The position numbers were made by a program, and so were the translations under genes. The notes beneath the pieces are model-generated. The model was not told the DNA's origin. It saw only the letters and a program-made list of their open reading frames with translations, and made no database searches. From Promethearchaeati archaeon (lineage in GTDB: Archaea > Asgardarchaeota > Heimdallarchaeia > Heimdallarchaeales > Heimdallarchaeaceae): a stretch of DNA of 64,000 bases. The stretch spans positions 78,264-142,263 of the forward strand of contig JABLTJ010000002.1 in assembly GCA_013166775.1 (NCBI GenBank). Direction: 5' to 3'. Shown here in pieces: positions 31,113-41,807 of this stretch (positions within the stretch are counted from its first letter, which is position 1; every line of letters starts with the position of its first letter).

Positions 31113-34100
31113 TTAATTTTCCATTTTTTGCGCAGCTAACATAATTTGGACAGATTTCTTTCTGATTTTTATCAGAATTTCATTTATCTCAGTTAGTTCT
31201 TTCTTCGATTTAAGAGCAGAATTTAGCAAATCTGCTTCATCATAAATATATTCTTGGTAGTTTAATAGATAAGTTCCAAAATCAGTATCAGCTAAAACTA
31301 TAAGGGACAGATTTTCAAATCCTCCTCGTGCAGCTTCATTTGGGAGTTGAATACCATGAACCCATCCAATCATTTTTTCACCAGGCAAAACTATAGATCC
31401 CACTCTTCTTCCAACATCATGCTCTTCAAAACCTAAGGAACTATATGCTTGATCTGATATTTTAAGTAGGAAGTTTTCTATTCCCATTCTTAACCTAATA
31501 CTGTATTTTTCAAATTTCAAGCTATGATCCATTACTAAAGGTACAGGACCTTTCTTCTGATCAAAGATAGATAAAACTGCACCTGGTGAGATAATTGAAT
31601 AATTTTCTTCAACTTCTTCATCAGTAATCTCTTCTAGGAATTTTTGGAATGGTTTTCTTCGTGTTACTTTATATACAATTATAGAAATAATTAATGCAAG
31701 AGCTAAACTTCCACCAATAATAATGTATAATAGCCAAGAAGGTAAACCGGGAGGAGGGGTTGTAAAAACTGGTGCCTCAAGAGCAGAATTTATTATTCCA
31801 TAATAATCATCTCCAGAGTAACTAACTTCAATATCAACATAATCTATATCAGCACTCATCGAGAAAGCCTTTTGGAAATAACCTTCAAAATCAGTAGTTA
31901 CTGTAAAAACTTCTAGATCATCATAATTAGCGGTATCGAAAGCATATACTCTTTTTCCATTTTCCTTTAATTTAATATAAATTGTAATTTCAATCTCTGC
32001 TAAACTTATTGGGGTTCCATTAAGTAATGTTAGTTGTCCAGTTATAATTAATTGAGCTTCTTCTATAATTTCATGTTCTGAAACTTCAATTGTTAACATA
32101 GTTTCGAGAGGATTTATTTCAATATCAATGATACTCTCCCCTATAAAGAAATTTGATTCAACGTAAATTACAAGAGAATAATTTCCTTTTCCTTGAAACA
32201 TTACAGAGGAGATATTGAATTGATAGAACCTATCAGGAAGCTCTGTAAAGTTAAAAATATGGGTATCTCCATCAATAATAATCATGATAATTCTTTCATT
32301 TTCACCCACATTATTTTCCAGTTTCATTACAATAGTGATATTTTCTTCGTATGTGACCTCTTGAATACTTCTGGAATCTATTGAAAGGCTTCCTTCTTTC
32401 TTTTCAATATCTAGATATATTCTAATGAGCTGTTTACTTTCTTCAAATTTGTAGAATTGAATCTCAATTTCTGTTAGTAAACCTTTAGTTACATTTGTTG
32501 CAATAATCAGAATCTCATATGTTATGTTATCTAATTTGATAATTTCAACAGAGAGGTTTAATTTCATATCTTTTATTATTTTATATTGAAGTCCAAGTAT
32601 TTCTAATCCATATGTTGCATCAGTTATATTTAGTACAAAACTTACATTATTACCGTATATCAAATTTGTTGAATTTTCATATGCATACAGGGTTTCAATA
32701 AAATCGTTTGATTTTGAGAAATTCAAAACTATGTTATCTACGAAAAAGTAGAAGGTTTGTGTAACTTGATTAGGAAATAATCCCACAGAGTCATCAGTTA
32801 GAATGACAGTCAAATTATGGAAACCATCGATTAGAGGAGTTTCTAACGTCCAACTTTCACTTTCATTTAAAATTTGGATATTCTCACTATAGCCATCCCA
32901 ATAATATTCGAAAGAAACTAAATCATCATTCACAGAAGCGTTATATACAATCTGAATTCCACTTTTGACATAATAAACACCTGAAGCATCAACCCATTTA
33001 TCTTTAGCTGGATTAAAAATAGCTAGGTCGACTATTGGAGCTTCAATGTCAATCAAAAACAGAAAAGTATAGGTAAAATTATTTCCAACTATATCTTCAA
33101 TATAAACAGAGAATTTCGCTGTAGTATCGTGTTGATAAACAGGGAGAACACTTATGCTAAGATCGTTTATTGGGGAAGTAAACCAAAATCCAGTAAGTTT
33201 ATCCCAAGAATAGCTAACCTCGTCAATAGTTAAATCTGAATAATCTTCAATTTCAAACTCAAGTAGAGTTTCATAATTTATTTTAGTGGTTACATTTTCA
33301 TAGTTAAGTAGAGTTATACTAGGAATTGTTCCATCTATTATAAGATTAAACTGAATACTACGAGCATTACCTAAAGAATCTATAGCTCTAATATGGAGGA
33401 TACTATTTTCGTCAGAATAAGCCAAATAAAAATGATAGCTAAAATCAATATATGGAGGATCACCCCATGCATATTCTGTTGTTACTAAGGGATCATCATC
33501 TACGATAGTAACTATTACTTCTGCATTAAAAGGAACATATTTATTACCATCAATGGTTACAAAATCAACTAAATCTGGTATTGATACAATTATTATTGGT
33601 TTTGTTGTATCTACAACAAAAACAAGAAATTTCTCATCTATATTTCCTGCTATATCAATTACTTTGATGTTTAAATAATGCGTGCCATCTTCTAAGTAAA
33701 TCAATGCGTATTGATAAGGCTCATTTAGGAGCCTATTTGCTTTACCATCTATTGAATACAATACAGTCAAATCAGATCCAGAAACATAATTATCTGTGAT
33801 ATTAAAAATAAATATTTGATCAGTTAGGAATCTGCTGTTATTATAGATAGAAATATCAGAATCAATCACTGGTGCTTCTAGATCTACAATGAGAATGAAA
33901 TAAAGTATATATTGAACATCTGAAGAGTCGTAAGTTATTATTGTAAGATTGTGAGAACCTGCAGTTAAAGGAATACCTTCTGAACCTTCTAATGTAAGTG
34001 TTGAACTGAAAATTGAACCTTCTTCTTCTATCCCACTATCCCAAATATAAGAAACTGTACCATTACTTTTTTGGATAGTTACCTTAACAGTTTCTCCTCC

Positions 34101-35870
34101 TTGATAGTATGAATTATTTGTCAATTCTTGTAGCTCGACAAGAAATACATTACTATCTGCATAAAAGTAGAAAACCGTACTATTAACTTGGTTTAAAATA
34201 TCAGAAGCATATACATACAAATAATGATTACCATCAGTGATTGGTATATTGGTTCTGTATATATTTCCAAATTCAGGATTCCATGTAGAATTTGAATGAG
34301 AATCCCAGTGATATTTAACATTTTTAATACCTGAAGAATCAGAAATCTCAACATCAATTGTTTTTAATGGAGCATAAGTTGATCCATTAACAACGTTATC
34401 AAGTAGAATAGATGGTATATCGGAATCAAATGTAAAATAATAGATGTAAATATCACTAGAATAGAAATCCGTAGTTCTTATCGTCAAGTTGTGTTCTAAT
34501 TCAAACACTGGGGCTAGTATATCATAAGGAGATAATAGAGGGATCTGTGTTTCGCTACTATCCCACTCGTATGTAACAGTATCCACAGCATAAGCTGAAA
34601 AATTTAGATAAGTTCCAGCTTCAACCGTTGATCCATTTGAATATGGTTCATGTAGTTCTAAGTTTATAATTGAAGCATCATAACCGAATTGATAATAAGC
34701 TGTTCGTGTATTATTATACACTGGATCACTGGCAACAATTTCTAAATCATGCCAACCAGCAGTTGTTGGAAGTGTAATTAGTGTTGAATTATCAAAAACA
34801 TTCCAAATTCCACTATCCCACCTGTACTTACTTATTGAACCATCAGTGACATCAATAGTCATTTCTTGAGCATTCTGGTATACAGTGTTATTCATAGCAT
34901 TATATAAATCGATATCCGGAGTATTGTTTTCATGCATATAAAGTTGAACACCAAGAATTCCATCTACATTATATATAGTGTAACTATTGGAATGAATACC
35001 ATCATTAATGTTCCAATCCATGTTTGTTCCTGAGATCCCTGAATCAGAATATTGTCCATCTTGTATTATGTTCAAAGTACAATGACCTTGTGTTGCTCCT
35101 ACATCACTATATGCATACTCATATGTTAATTTGAATCTATCACCTGCGGGAACAGTATACGATGTTAGCGTGCTATTTGTTTCTAACCATTCCCAATACT
35201 CTGTATCGGTTGGAGTATTAATCTTCGGTAATAGATATGCAACTGAAGTTATTTCTGTAGAAATATTCGTACTAGAATGATAGTGCCAGAGAATGATTTT
35301 TAATGTTATATCTATTGAGTTAAAATATGAATCATAGGGATCGTCGTTTAAATCTCTGTGCATATTAAAGATATAATGAACTTTATCTTCTATAGTTGTG
35401 TCATAATCTAAAACTGGACTGTACATAATTGATTTTAAACCTGAAGCCCAATAATCAACTCCAAAATAATAAGCATCATTTTCAGAAGGTACTGGAGCAT
35501 AGGTTATATCTCCAACTCCAAATCTTTTAGTATTTATATCCCAAGCATCATGCCCAAGAATACTATCATAAGCTGTCCACTGATAACCTGATCCATTTGC
35601 ATCCAGTTGAGAAGTGAATGTCTTATAGCTGAAGAAAGATTGTGTTTTAAAATCTCCTTCAATTACCTCTTGACGAATTTTATTCTTTGCTCCTTCTTCA
35701 ATAGAATTATCATTTCTATTATCTATTTTTTCTAGATTAGTATCTGAGGAATAATCTAGAAAATCACTCATTTGCTGCTCTTCTGGCATTGAAAGTTGAT
35801 AAAACACTAATGAATTAATAAACACGAATATTAGCATAAATGATAATGCTCTACTAGTATACAACTCCAT
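31113..35870 (-). CDS. giant single-pass surface protein (1585 aa), tandem paralog of 26316-31091
   Basis: Same architecture as its neighbour. The cytoplasmic tail is nearly identical between the two paralogs, whereas the ectodomains are much more diverged. Confidence 0.7.
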   Translation of the reverse strand: MELYTSRALSFMLIFVFINSLVFYQLSMPEEQQMSDFLDYSSDTNLEKIDNRNDNSIEEGAKNKIRQEVIEGDFKTQSFFSYKTFTSQLDANGSGYQWTAYDSILGHDAWDINTKRFGVGDITYAPVPSENDAYYFGVDYWASGLKSIMYSPVLDYDTTIEDKVHYIFNMHRDLNDDPYDSYFNSIDITLKIILWHYHSSTNISTEITSVAYLLPKINTPTDTEYWEWLETNSTLTSYTVPAGDRFKLTYEYAYSDVGATQGHCTLNIIQDGQYSDSGISGTNMDWNINDGIHSNSYTIYNVDGILGVQLYMHENNTPDIDLYNAMNNTVYQNAQEMTIDVTDGSISKYRWDSGIWNVFDNSTLITLPTTAGWHDLEIVASDPVYNNTRTAYYQFGYDASIINLELHEPYSNGSTVEAGTYLNFSAYAVDTVTYEWDSSETQIPLLSPYDILAPVFELEHNLTIRTTDFYSSDIYIYYFTFDSDIPSILLDNVVNGSTYAPLKTIDVEISDSSGIKNVKYHWDSHSNSTWNPEFGNIYRTNIPITDGNHYLYVYASDILNQVNSTVFYFYADSNVFLVELQELTNNSYYQGGETVKVTIQKSNGTVSYIWDSGIEEEGSIFSSTLTLEGSEGIPLTAGSHNLTIITYDSSDVQYILYFILIVDLEAPVIDSDISIYNNSRFLTDQIFIFNITDNYVSGSDLTVLYSIDGKANRLLNEPYQYALIYLEDGTHYLNIKVIDIAGNIDEKFLVFVVDTTKPIIIVSIPDLVDFVTIDGNKYVPFNAEVIVTIVDDDPLVTTEYAWGDPPYIDFSYHFYLAYSDENSILHIRAIDSLGNARSIQFNLIIDGTIPSITLLNYENVTTKINYETLLEFEIEDYSDLTIDEVSYSWDKLTGFWFTSPINDLSISVLPVYQHDTTAKFSVYIEDIVGNNFTYTFLFLIDIEAPIVDLAIFNPAKDKWVDASGVYYVKSGIQIVYNASVNDDLVSFEYYWDGYSENIQILNESESWTLETPLIDGFHNLTVILTDDSVGLFPNQVTQTFYFFVDNIVLNFSKSNDFIETLYAYENSTNLIYGNNVSFVLNITDATYGLEILGLQYKIIKDMKLNLSVEIIKLDNITYEILIIATNVTKGLLTEIEIQFYKFEESKQLIRIYLDIEKKEGSLSIDSRSIQEVTYEENITIVMKLENNVGENERIIMIIIDGDTHIFNFTELPDRFYQFNISSVMFQGKGNYSLVIYVESNFFIGESIIDIEINPLETMLTIEVSEHEIIEEAQLIITGQLTLLNGTPISLAEIEITIYIKLKENGKRVYAFDTANYDDLEVFTVTTDFEGYFQKAFSMSADIDYVDIEVSYSGDDYYGIINSALEAPVFTTPPPGLPSWLLYIIIGGSLALALIISIIVYKVTRRKPFQKFLEEITDEEVEENYSIISPGAVLSIFDQKKGPVPLVMDHSLKFEKYSIRLRMGIENFLLKISDQAYSSLGFEEHDVGRRVGSIVLPGEKMIGWVHGIQLPNEAARGGFENLSLIVLADTDFGTYLLNYQEYIYDEADLLNSALKSKKELTEINEILIKIRKKSVQIMLAAQKMEN

Positions 35871-36046
35871 TTAGACCATCAAATCTTTCTAGTTTTAATC
35901 TTATACTTTGAAGCTTACAGTTGAAGAAACTTCCAATTGATTTCTAATAAAGTTTCTTTCACATGCAATATTACCACTTATTATAAATAATGCATTAGTT
36001 TTAAGCTTCTCTTCTACTATTTGTGTAATATGAATATAATCGTGAT

Positions 36047-36823
36047 TTAGATAAATGAATCTTCATTTTCTTGATTGATTATTTTTTGCTCAATCTTAGC
36101 AACTTGATCTCTGCTGTTAATATAATCAATAAGCTCAAACGAATGAAAGAAAGAATTCAAAACGGTATCTTGAAGGTTATCTAATCCTTCTCTTGTAGTG
36201 TTTGAAATCTTAACTGAATGAATTCTATCTGAACCTATTTTAATCCCTATTCTATCTTCAATACTTTTGAGAAGATATCTTTTACCTTCTTCAATCATAC
36301 TATCATTTGTAGTAACAAATAATCCGTGATCTAAATGAGTTCCAAGAAGAATAATGCTAGTAAGATCTGAAATTAGTTCATGTTCGATAGCTCTATTTAA
36401 CCAATATTCTAAATTCTGAAAAGATTTGACATCTGCTAAATTATATGTCATAATAAGAATAACCACATCATTAATGCTTCTCACATTACGATACATATCT
36501 ACAGCATCCTCAAATGCTAATCCTTCCCCTATTTCAGATCTACCCTTTTGTCCAGGCAGAATAAACAATTGAGAGCTAATCGTAACTTTATATTTCTCAA
36601 TGTTTGAATACAATATGAAGTAATCAAATTCCAGATTAACTGATTTGGATAGGTTCGTACAATCAGTTGTGTCGTAAAAATGCCCCTTCTTGTATTGAGC
36701 TAAATTCAAGGCAGTATGAGTTTTACCTGTATGACCATCACCAATGAAGACTACTCCTCCTGTGCAAGTGATATCTGTTTCTCTACAGATTAAGAGTCTA
36801 TTCTTTGGTGAATCAAACCTCAT
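36047..36823 (-). CDS. atypical small GTPase-like P-loop protein
   Basis: P-loop GDGHTGKT. G3 and G4 are degenerate (LPGQ and THLD). Lies 177 bp upstream of the giant-protein pair on the same strand. Confidence 0.55.
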   Translation of the reverse strand: MRFDSPKNRLLICRETDITCTGGVVFIGDGHTGKTHTALNLAQYKKGHFYDTTDCTNLSKSVNLEFDYFILYSNIEKYKVTISSQLFILPGQKGRSEIGEGLAFEDAVDMYRNVRSINDVVILIMTYNLADVKSFQNLEYWLNRAIEHELISDLTSIILLGTHLDHGLFVTTNDSMIEEGKRYLLKSIEDRIGIKIGSDRIHSVKISNTTREGLDNLQDTVLNSFFHSFELIDYINSRDQVAKIEQKIINQENEDSFI

Positions 36824-36927
36824 AAACGATGCCTGCCTTAGATGGTTATGTATTAAAGCTATATTAGTGAAAATAAATTATAAAACTATCTTTAGTGCAA
36901 CTCGTAAAGAATAGCAATTCGTGATGA

Positions 36928-39897
36928 TTAGTAGTATGTTTCTTTCTTCCTTATGAACATCTTATAAACTTCTAGGGTAACCAAAGGTAGAGCTATAGCT
37001 ACTAATAATATGATCCAGTCTACTACTCCTAATGCTACAAATTCTACCCTAAAACCTAACAGATTATTCGCAAGGTTTTGTAGAGGAACAACGTAGATTA
37101 ATAGAATATGAATAAGAGGAACTATCATTACTAGAATAAATACTAACCATTTCCAATCTTCCTTGAAGGATTTGAAAACTGATTTATTCAACCTACGAAG
37201 ACTAAAGACTACTAGACTTTCTGAAATAACCAATATTGTTACAAGCATCGTTCGTGCCTTTGCATGTGACCAGTTAATTGGAGAGGAAGCAGTTGCATTA
37301 ATATCACCTAATAGAATCAAATCAATTCCTGATTGATTGAACTCTGTTATAGGTATAATACCACGATATGTTAAGAAGTAAACCAGAAAACCAGCAAAGG
37401 CTAAAACTAAAGCTAGTATAACAAGAGCCCAAACATATCTTTTATTGAATATTTCTTCATCATCTCTTGGGGGATATTCCATTATTTCCTTAGAAATACT
37501 ATCGAAGATGAATGCTAAGGGGGGTATAAGATGAGCTGAAGAGAAAATATACACTCTCTGGAAATCATTCACGAAATGAAATCCTGGAATAAATGAAGTT
37601 GAGAAGTAGAGAATTGCTTCAGCAATATTAAGTGTAATGTAGAAGAAGATCATAACCCTTATCCTGTCAAATAAACCTCGACCTTCTCTTATCCCTAGAA
37701 CAGTGCTTGTAAAACTATCATCTGAGATGATGACATCAGAAGCTTGTTTAGCTACTTCAGTTCCTTCAATCCCCATGCATATTCCTACATCTGCATTAGT
37801 TAATGCAAGTGAATCATTTACTCCATCTCCGCACATTGCTATTATTTTGTTTATTTTTTGATATCTTTCTACAATTACTTGTTTATGTTGAGGTGATACA
37901 CGAGCGAAAATTCTTGTATTGTAAAAATCAGTTTCTGTTAGATCTTTTATCTTATTTCCTTCTACTACTAGTTCTTCCCCTTGAATTAACCCAACTTCTT
38001 TTGCTATAGCTTTTCCAGTAAGTGGACTATCTCCTGTTATCATAATGGTTGTTACTCCTGCCCTCACACAGTCTTCTACAGCGCTTTTTACTCCGTATCT
38101 TGGTGGATCTAGCATACATACAAAACCATTGTAAATCATTTCCTTTTCTGTTTCATCTCTATCATGGTCAAGCAACACATCTCTTGACATTGGTCGAACA
38201 GCTAAAGAAATAACTCTATATCCTTGTGATGCAAAATCACTGACATACTTGTTGATTAAATTGATATCGTTTTCTTCTAGAGGTTTGTGATCAAAAGGAC
38301 TCCCAATATGCGAACATAGAGGTAGAACTGTTTCTGTTGCCCCTTTACAGAACATGGAAAAACCTCTCTCATCTTGGAATGTTCTACTCATTCTCTTAAG
38401 AGTGGAATCAAAGTTGAATTCCATTACATATCCATAATTTTCTCTTATCTCCTTCTCATTCAAACCTGATTTGTTGAACAGTGCAAGAAAGGCTCCATCT
38501 GTTGGATCTCCTGTAGTTTTCCATGAAATCTGATGATGAGGTTCAAACACTTCTTCAACTATTAGATGAGCATTATTGTTCAACATTCCTCCAACTAGTA
38601 AAAACTCTAAAATTGAATCTTTCGCGAAGGGTTTTATGTTATCAGGAATCATCATATCTTCAGGTATTTCAGTTGTATCTTTACCTATAGGAAAAATTGC
38701 ACCTTGATCACTAAAACCTACACCTGATACGCCATAAAAATACTCAGTATCCCACACCTTTTGTATTGTCATCTGATTAGTGGTGATTGTTCCTGTTTTA
38801 TCAGAACACAAAATTGAGCACCTCCCTAGAGTTTCAACAGCTGATAGATTTCTGATAATGACTCTATCTTTTGCCATTGATAAGACTCCAGTTAGCAGAA
38901 TTAAAGTTGTCAAGAGAGGGATACTGATTGGCATGATAGCCATTGATGTTGTGATGGAATTAATTGCATCATCTATATAAAGCATATCTGTTCGGTTGTT
39001 AACAGCAAAATGGATTATAGCCTTATAAGTTAAAGAAACAACTAAAAATACAACTACAGCAAAACCCAGCCATTTTGCTAGTCGATTCACTTTTGTTCGA
39101 ATTGGTATTTCGTTGCTTCCTATTTCTTGTAGCTCTGTTGATAATCTGCCGATTTCTGTATAGAGACCTGTATTAACTACAATTGCATTTGCTCTTCCTG
39201 CTTCAATAAAAGTACCAGTATAGAGCATATTTACTCTCTGTGAGATTGGAGTATCTTCATCTATAGTTTTTGTAGGTTCATTTGACTTTTCAACTGCTAC
39301 TGATTCTCCAGTTAGGGCTGATTCATTGACCAGACAATTACTTGAATAGATAATTCGAGAATCAGATGGAACTCTATCTCCTTGATCGAGTTCGATTAAA
39401 TCTCCTGGGACTAATACTGCTGCACCTAGAGTTTCAGGTACTCCATCTCTAATAACAGTTGAAGTTGGTGCTGAAAGCTTATGAAGAGCATCTAATTTGA
39501 ATTGAGCCCTTATTTGTTGGAATATCGTAAAAACAATATTTACGCCTATAATGGCCATCCAGAAACCTATTTGGCTCCACACATCAGAAGAAGGGATTTT
39601 CATAACAAAAGTTTTAATCAAACCTAAAATCACCATCAGTATTGAGACGATTAAATAGATATTAATCAGCCAATTCAGCAATGGAGCTATGTAAACATCC
39701 CAGACTGAACCTTTGATTTTAGGAAGAACGTTTTCTCCGTAGTTTACTAATCTACTATCAGCTTCTTCTTTTTTCAAGCCAAACCTGACATCAGTGTCCA
39801 ATTCATCACAAATCTCGTCTATTGTTCTATTATGAGGGCAGAGATTTTTTTGTGTGATCTTCTCTTCAGATTTGGTTTCTCTTTTCATTCTTGTCAA
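36928..39897 (-). CDS. P2-type cation-transporting P-type ATPase (Ca2+/Mg2+ pump-like)
   Basis: Motifs DKTGTIT, MITGDSPLTGKAIA and GDGVNDSLAL. 989 aa with about 10 TM helices. Confidence 0.85.
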   Translation of the reverse strand: MTRMKRETKSEEKITQKNLCPHNRTIDEICDELDTDVRFGLKKEEADSRLVNYGENVLPKIKGSVWDVYIAPLLNWLINIYLIVSILMVILGLIKTFVMKIPSSDVWSQIGFWMAIIGVNIVFTIFQQIRAQFKLDALHKLSAPTSTVIRDGVPETLGAAVLVPGDLIELDQGDRVPSDSRIIYSSNCLVNESALTGESVAVEKSNEPTKTIDEDTPISQRVNMLYTGTFIEAGRANAIVVNTGLYTEIGRLSTELQEIGSNEIPIRTKVNRLAKWLGFAVVVFLVVSLTYKAIIHFAVNNRTDMLYIDDAINSITTSMAIMPISIPLLTTLILLTGVLSMAKDRVIIRNLSAVETLGRCSILCSDKTGTITTNQMTIQKVWDTEYFYGVSGVGFSDQGAIFPIGKDTTEIPEDMMIPDNIKPFAKDSILEFLLVGGMLNNNAHLIVEEVFEPHHQISWKTTGDPTDGAFLALFNKSGLNEKEIRENYGYVMEFNFDSTLKRMSRTFQDERGFSMFCKGATETVLPLCSHIGSPFDHKPLEENDINLINKYVSDFASQGYRVISLAVRPMSRDVLLDHDRDETEKEMIYNGFVCMLDPPRYGVKSAVEDCVRAGVTTIMITGDSPLTGKAIAKEVGLIQGEELVVEGNKIKDLTETDFYNTRIFARVSPQHKQVIVERYQKINKIIAMCGDGVNDSLALTNADVGICMGIEGTEVAKQASDVIISDDSFTSTVLGIREGRGLFDRIRVMIFFYITLNIAEAILYFSTSFIPGFHFVNDFQRVYIFSSAHLIPPLAFIFDSISKEIMEYPPRDDEEIFNKRYVWALVILALVLAFAGFLVYFLTYRGIIPITEFNQSGIDLILLGDINATASSPINWSHAKARTMLVTILVISESLVVFSLRRLNKSVFKSFKEDWKWLVFILVMIVPLIHILLIYVVPLQNLANNLLGFRVEFVALGVVDWIILLVAIALPLVTLEVYKMFIRKKETYY

Positions 39898-40074
39898 CCA
39901 GTCTCTTAATTACAGATTGTATAAATTTTTCTAATATAAAATTTTAACTCAAGAAGGATATGCAATTGTACAATATTATTAATTCTAGTTATGAAAACCT
40001 AAAAGATACAAGAAGAAAGTTTAATAAAATAAGAGAAAAAGGTATCTTACGAAAGAAGTTACAAATATCAACAA

Positions 40075-40869
40075 GTGAGTACGATGAGTCAACAACCCAC
40101 AGGTCCTCCCGCTGGTCCTCCACGAGGTCCAATGTTTATGAGAGACGAATATCAGAACTTAATTGATGAATTTACTAAAGATATAAAAACAGAGTTGAAA
40201 AATGAAGTACTAAGCTTACTCTTAGTAGGTAGTGTTGTTACACAAGAGCATATTGCAGGAGAATCAGATTGTGATTTTATTATTATTCTTAAAGATAAGG
40301 CATCTGGAGAAAAACTACAAGAATCAATGGAAAAAATAAGCAAAATAGTATTCAAATATCTTGAAGATCCTTTGTACAGCTCCATTTTAGATGTTGAAGT
40401 TCTTGGAGATGATGAAATACCAAAGCAGGGAGAGGGTTCTGAATATCCATGGACTAAAATATTGGTTGCTCAAAGAGGAAAGGCACTAATTGGAGATAAT
40501 CCTTTTGCTAAACTTAAGGTAGATGAAGGTCAGATAAAAGAAGCAGCAAAAGAGATGGCAAGAGTTTTTCTAGAACAAATGGAAGAAATTCCTACACTTG
40601 AAGAAGTAGATGATTATGATAAACTATATCTTACTGTCGAAGCAGTATTAGGCTGTGGGTGTGCTTTTCTCTACTATAATGGAGAAAAAGAGTTCTATAG
40701 AAGCTCAGCAATTATCTTGTTCGAAGATAAGTATCAAGATAAAATTAACATTGAACCTCTCCAAACAAGTCACAGATTAAGACTTGCTGCTAAATCTATT
40801 GAAACAAAAAATTTCATCCCTAACTCATTAGCTTTCTGTAAAGAAGTTAATAAAATACTTAATGCATAA
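40075..40869 (+). CDS. nucleotidyltransferase (Pol-beta superfamily) domain protein
   Basis: GSVVTQEHIAGESDCDFIII fits the GS-x9-DxD pattern. Pro/Gly-rich N-terminus, and the true start may be an internal Met. Confidence 0.5.
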   Translation: MSTMSQQPTGPPAGPPRGPMFMRDEYQNLIDEFTKDIKTELKNEVLSLLLVGSVVTQEHIAGESDCDFIIILKDKASGEKLQESMEKISKIVFKYLEDPLYSSILDVEVLGDDEIPKQGEGSEYPWTKILVAQRGKALIGDNPFAKLKVDEGQIKEAAKEMARVFLEQMEEIPTLEEVDDYDKLYLTVEAVLGCGCAFLYYNGEKEFYRSSAIILFEDKYQDKINIEPLQTSHRLRLAAKSIETKNFIPNSLAFCKEVNKILNA

Positions 40870-40882
40870 ACGAGGTTATTGA

Positions 40883-41539
40883 ATGTCATTAAAAACTAGT
40901 ATTGATATTCTGGTTCAGAATATCGAGAGATCTTTAATTTTAATGCTTGGTGAATCAGGTACTGCTAAAGAAGAAATAGCTTTTCGTTTCCTTGAAGATG
41001 GTTTAGCAAAAAAAGAGACAGTACTAGTGGTGCTATTTTCGCATTCTTCTTTTGATTATTTAGAGGAATTGAAAAAACGAGAGATTGCTGTTGATAAATA
41101 TCTCAAAGATGGAACACTGAATTTCATTGATGCTATTTCTTTTAGATCTATTCCTAAAGAAAAACCACCGAATACAATTATATTAGAAAATGCAAGTGAT
41201 TTACTTGCTCTTTCAATAAACCTGAATGACATTTCTCTGAAAACTACTAAGTTACGAATTATCTTTGATCAGCTATCGCTCATCGCATTATATAATTCTG
41301 CAATGCAAGTAGTTAATTTCTTACAATCTTTAGCTGCTAGAGTAAGACAAAGGAACCAAAGTGCTCTAATGCTACTAGACACAGGAGTAATCGATGATCA
41401 AACTGAAAAAACACTTCATACAATTGTTGATATGGTAGTAGAAACAAAGAGAACAGAAGAACCTTCTGGGGTTCAGCAACTTGTCAGAATCAAATTTGCA
41501 AAACATAAATATGAACCCAGATGGGTGCAAGTAGTATAA
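40883..41539 (+). CDS. KaiC/RecA-like ATPase-fold protein with a degenerate P-loop
   Basis: LGESGTAKEE stands in place of a Walker A motif, with a RecA-like beta-strand pattern. Lies 13 bp downstream of the NTase gene. Confidence 0.4.
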   Translation: MSLKTSIDILVQNIERSLILMLGESGTAKEEIAFRFLEDGLAKKETVLVVLFSHSSFDYLEELKKREIAVDKYLKDGTLNFIDAISFRSIPKEKPPNTIILENASDLLALSINLNDISLKTTKLRIIFDQLSLIALYNSAMQVVNFLQSLAARVRQRNQSALMLLDTGVIDDQTEKTLHTIVDMVVETKRTEEPSGVQQLVRIKFAKHKYEPRWVQVV

Positions 41540-41807
41540 CAAAAATAAGAGGGAGAAAAACATTCATTCATCACATAAATGAGATTCAAGAAAAAACTAG
41601 AACCTAATTTCTTCCCCATGAAGAATTATTAATAGAATCTAAATTTTTCATGAGGAAAATCAAAATTCTTGAAGTTCTATTCAAGAGACATGAAATAGTT
41701 TCAGAAAATATATTTATTGTAAAAAATACTAATTCAGAATAATTTACTCGAACATCTCTGCTATAGGAAAATTTATTTTCTTAGTAGCGAAAGTTTTTTT
41801 ATTCAGA

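Noticed and set aside
26316-35870. Considered whether the two giant genes are an assembly duplication artefact
   Set aside because: The ectodomains differ substantially in sequence and length (1591 against 1585 aa, with many substitutions), so they are genuine diverged paralogs rather than a collapsed repeat.
37803-38980. Two short ORFs (68 and 66 aa) antisense to the P-type ATPase
   Set aside because: Both sit inside the ATPase gene, whose P-type motifs are intact on the minus strand.
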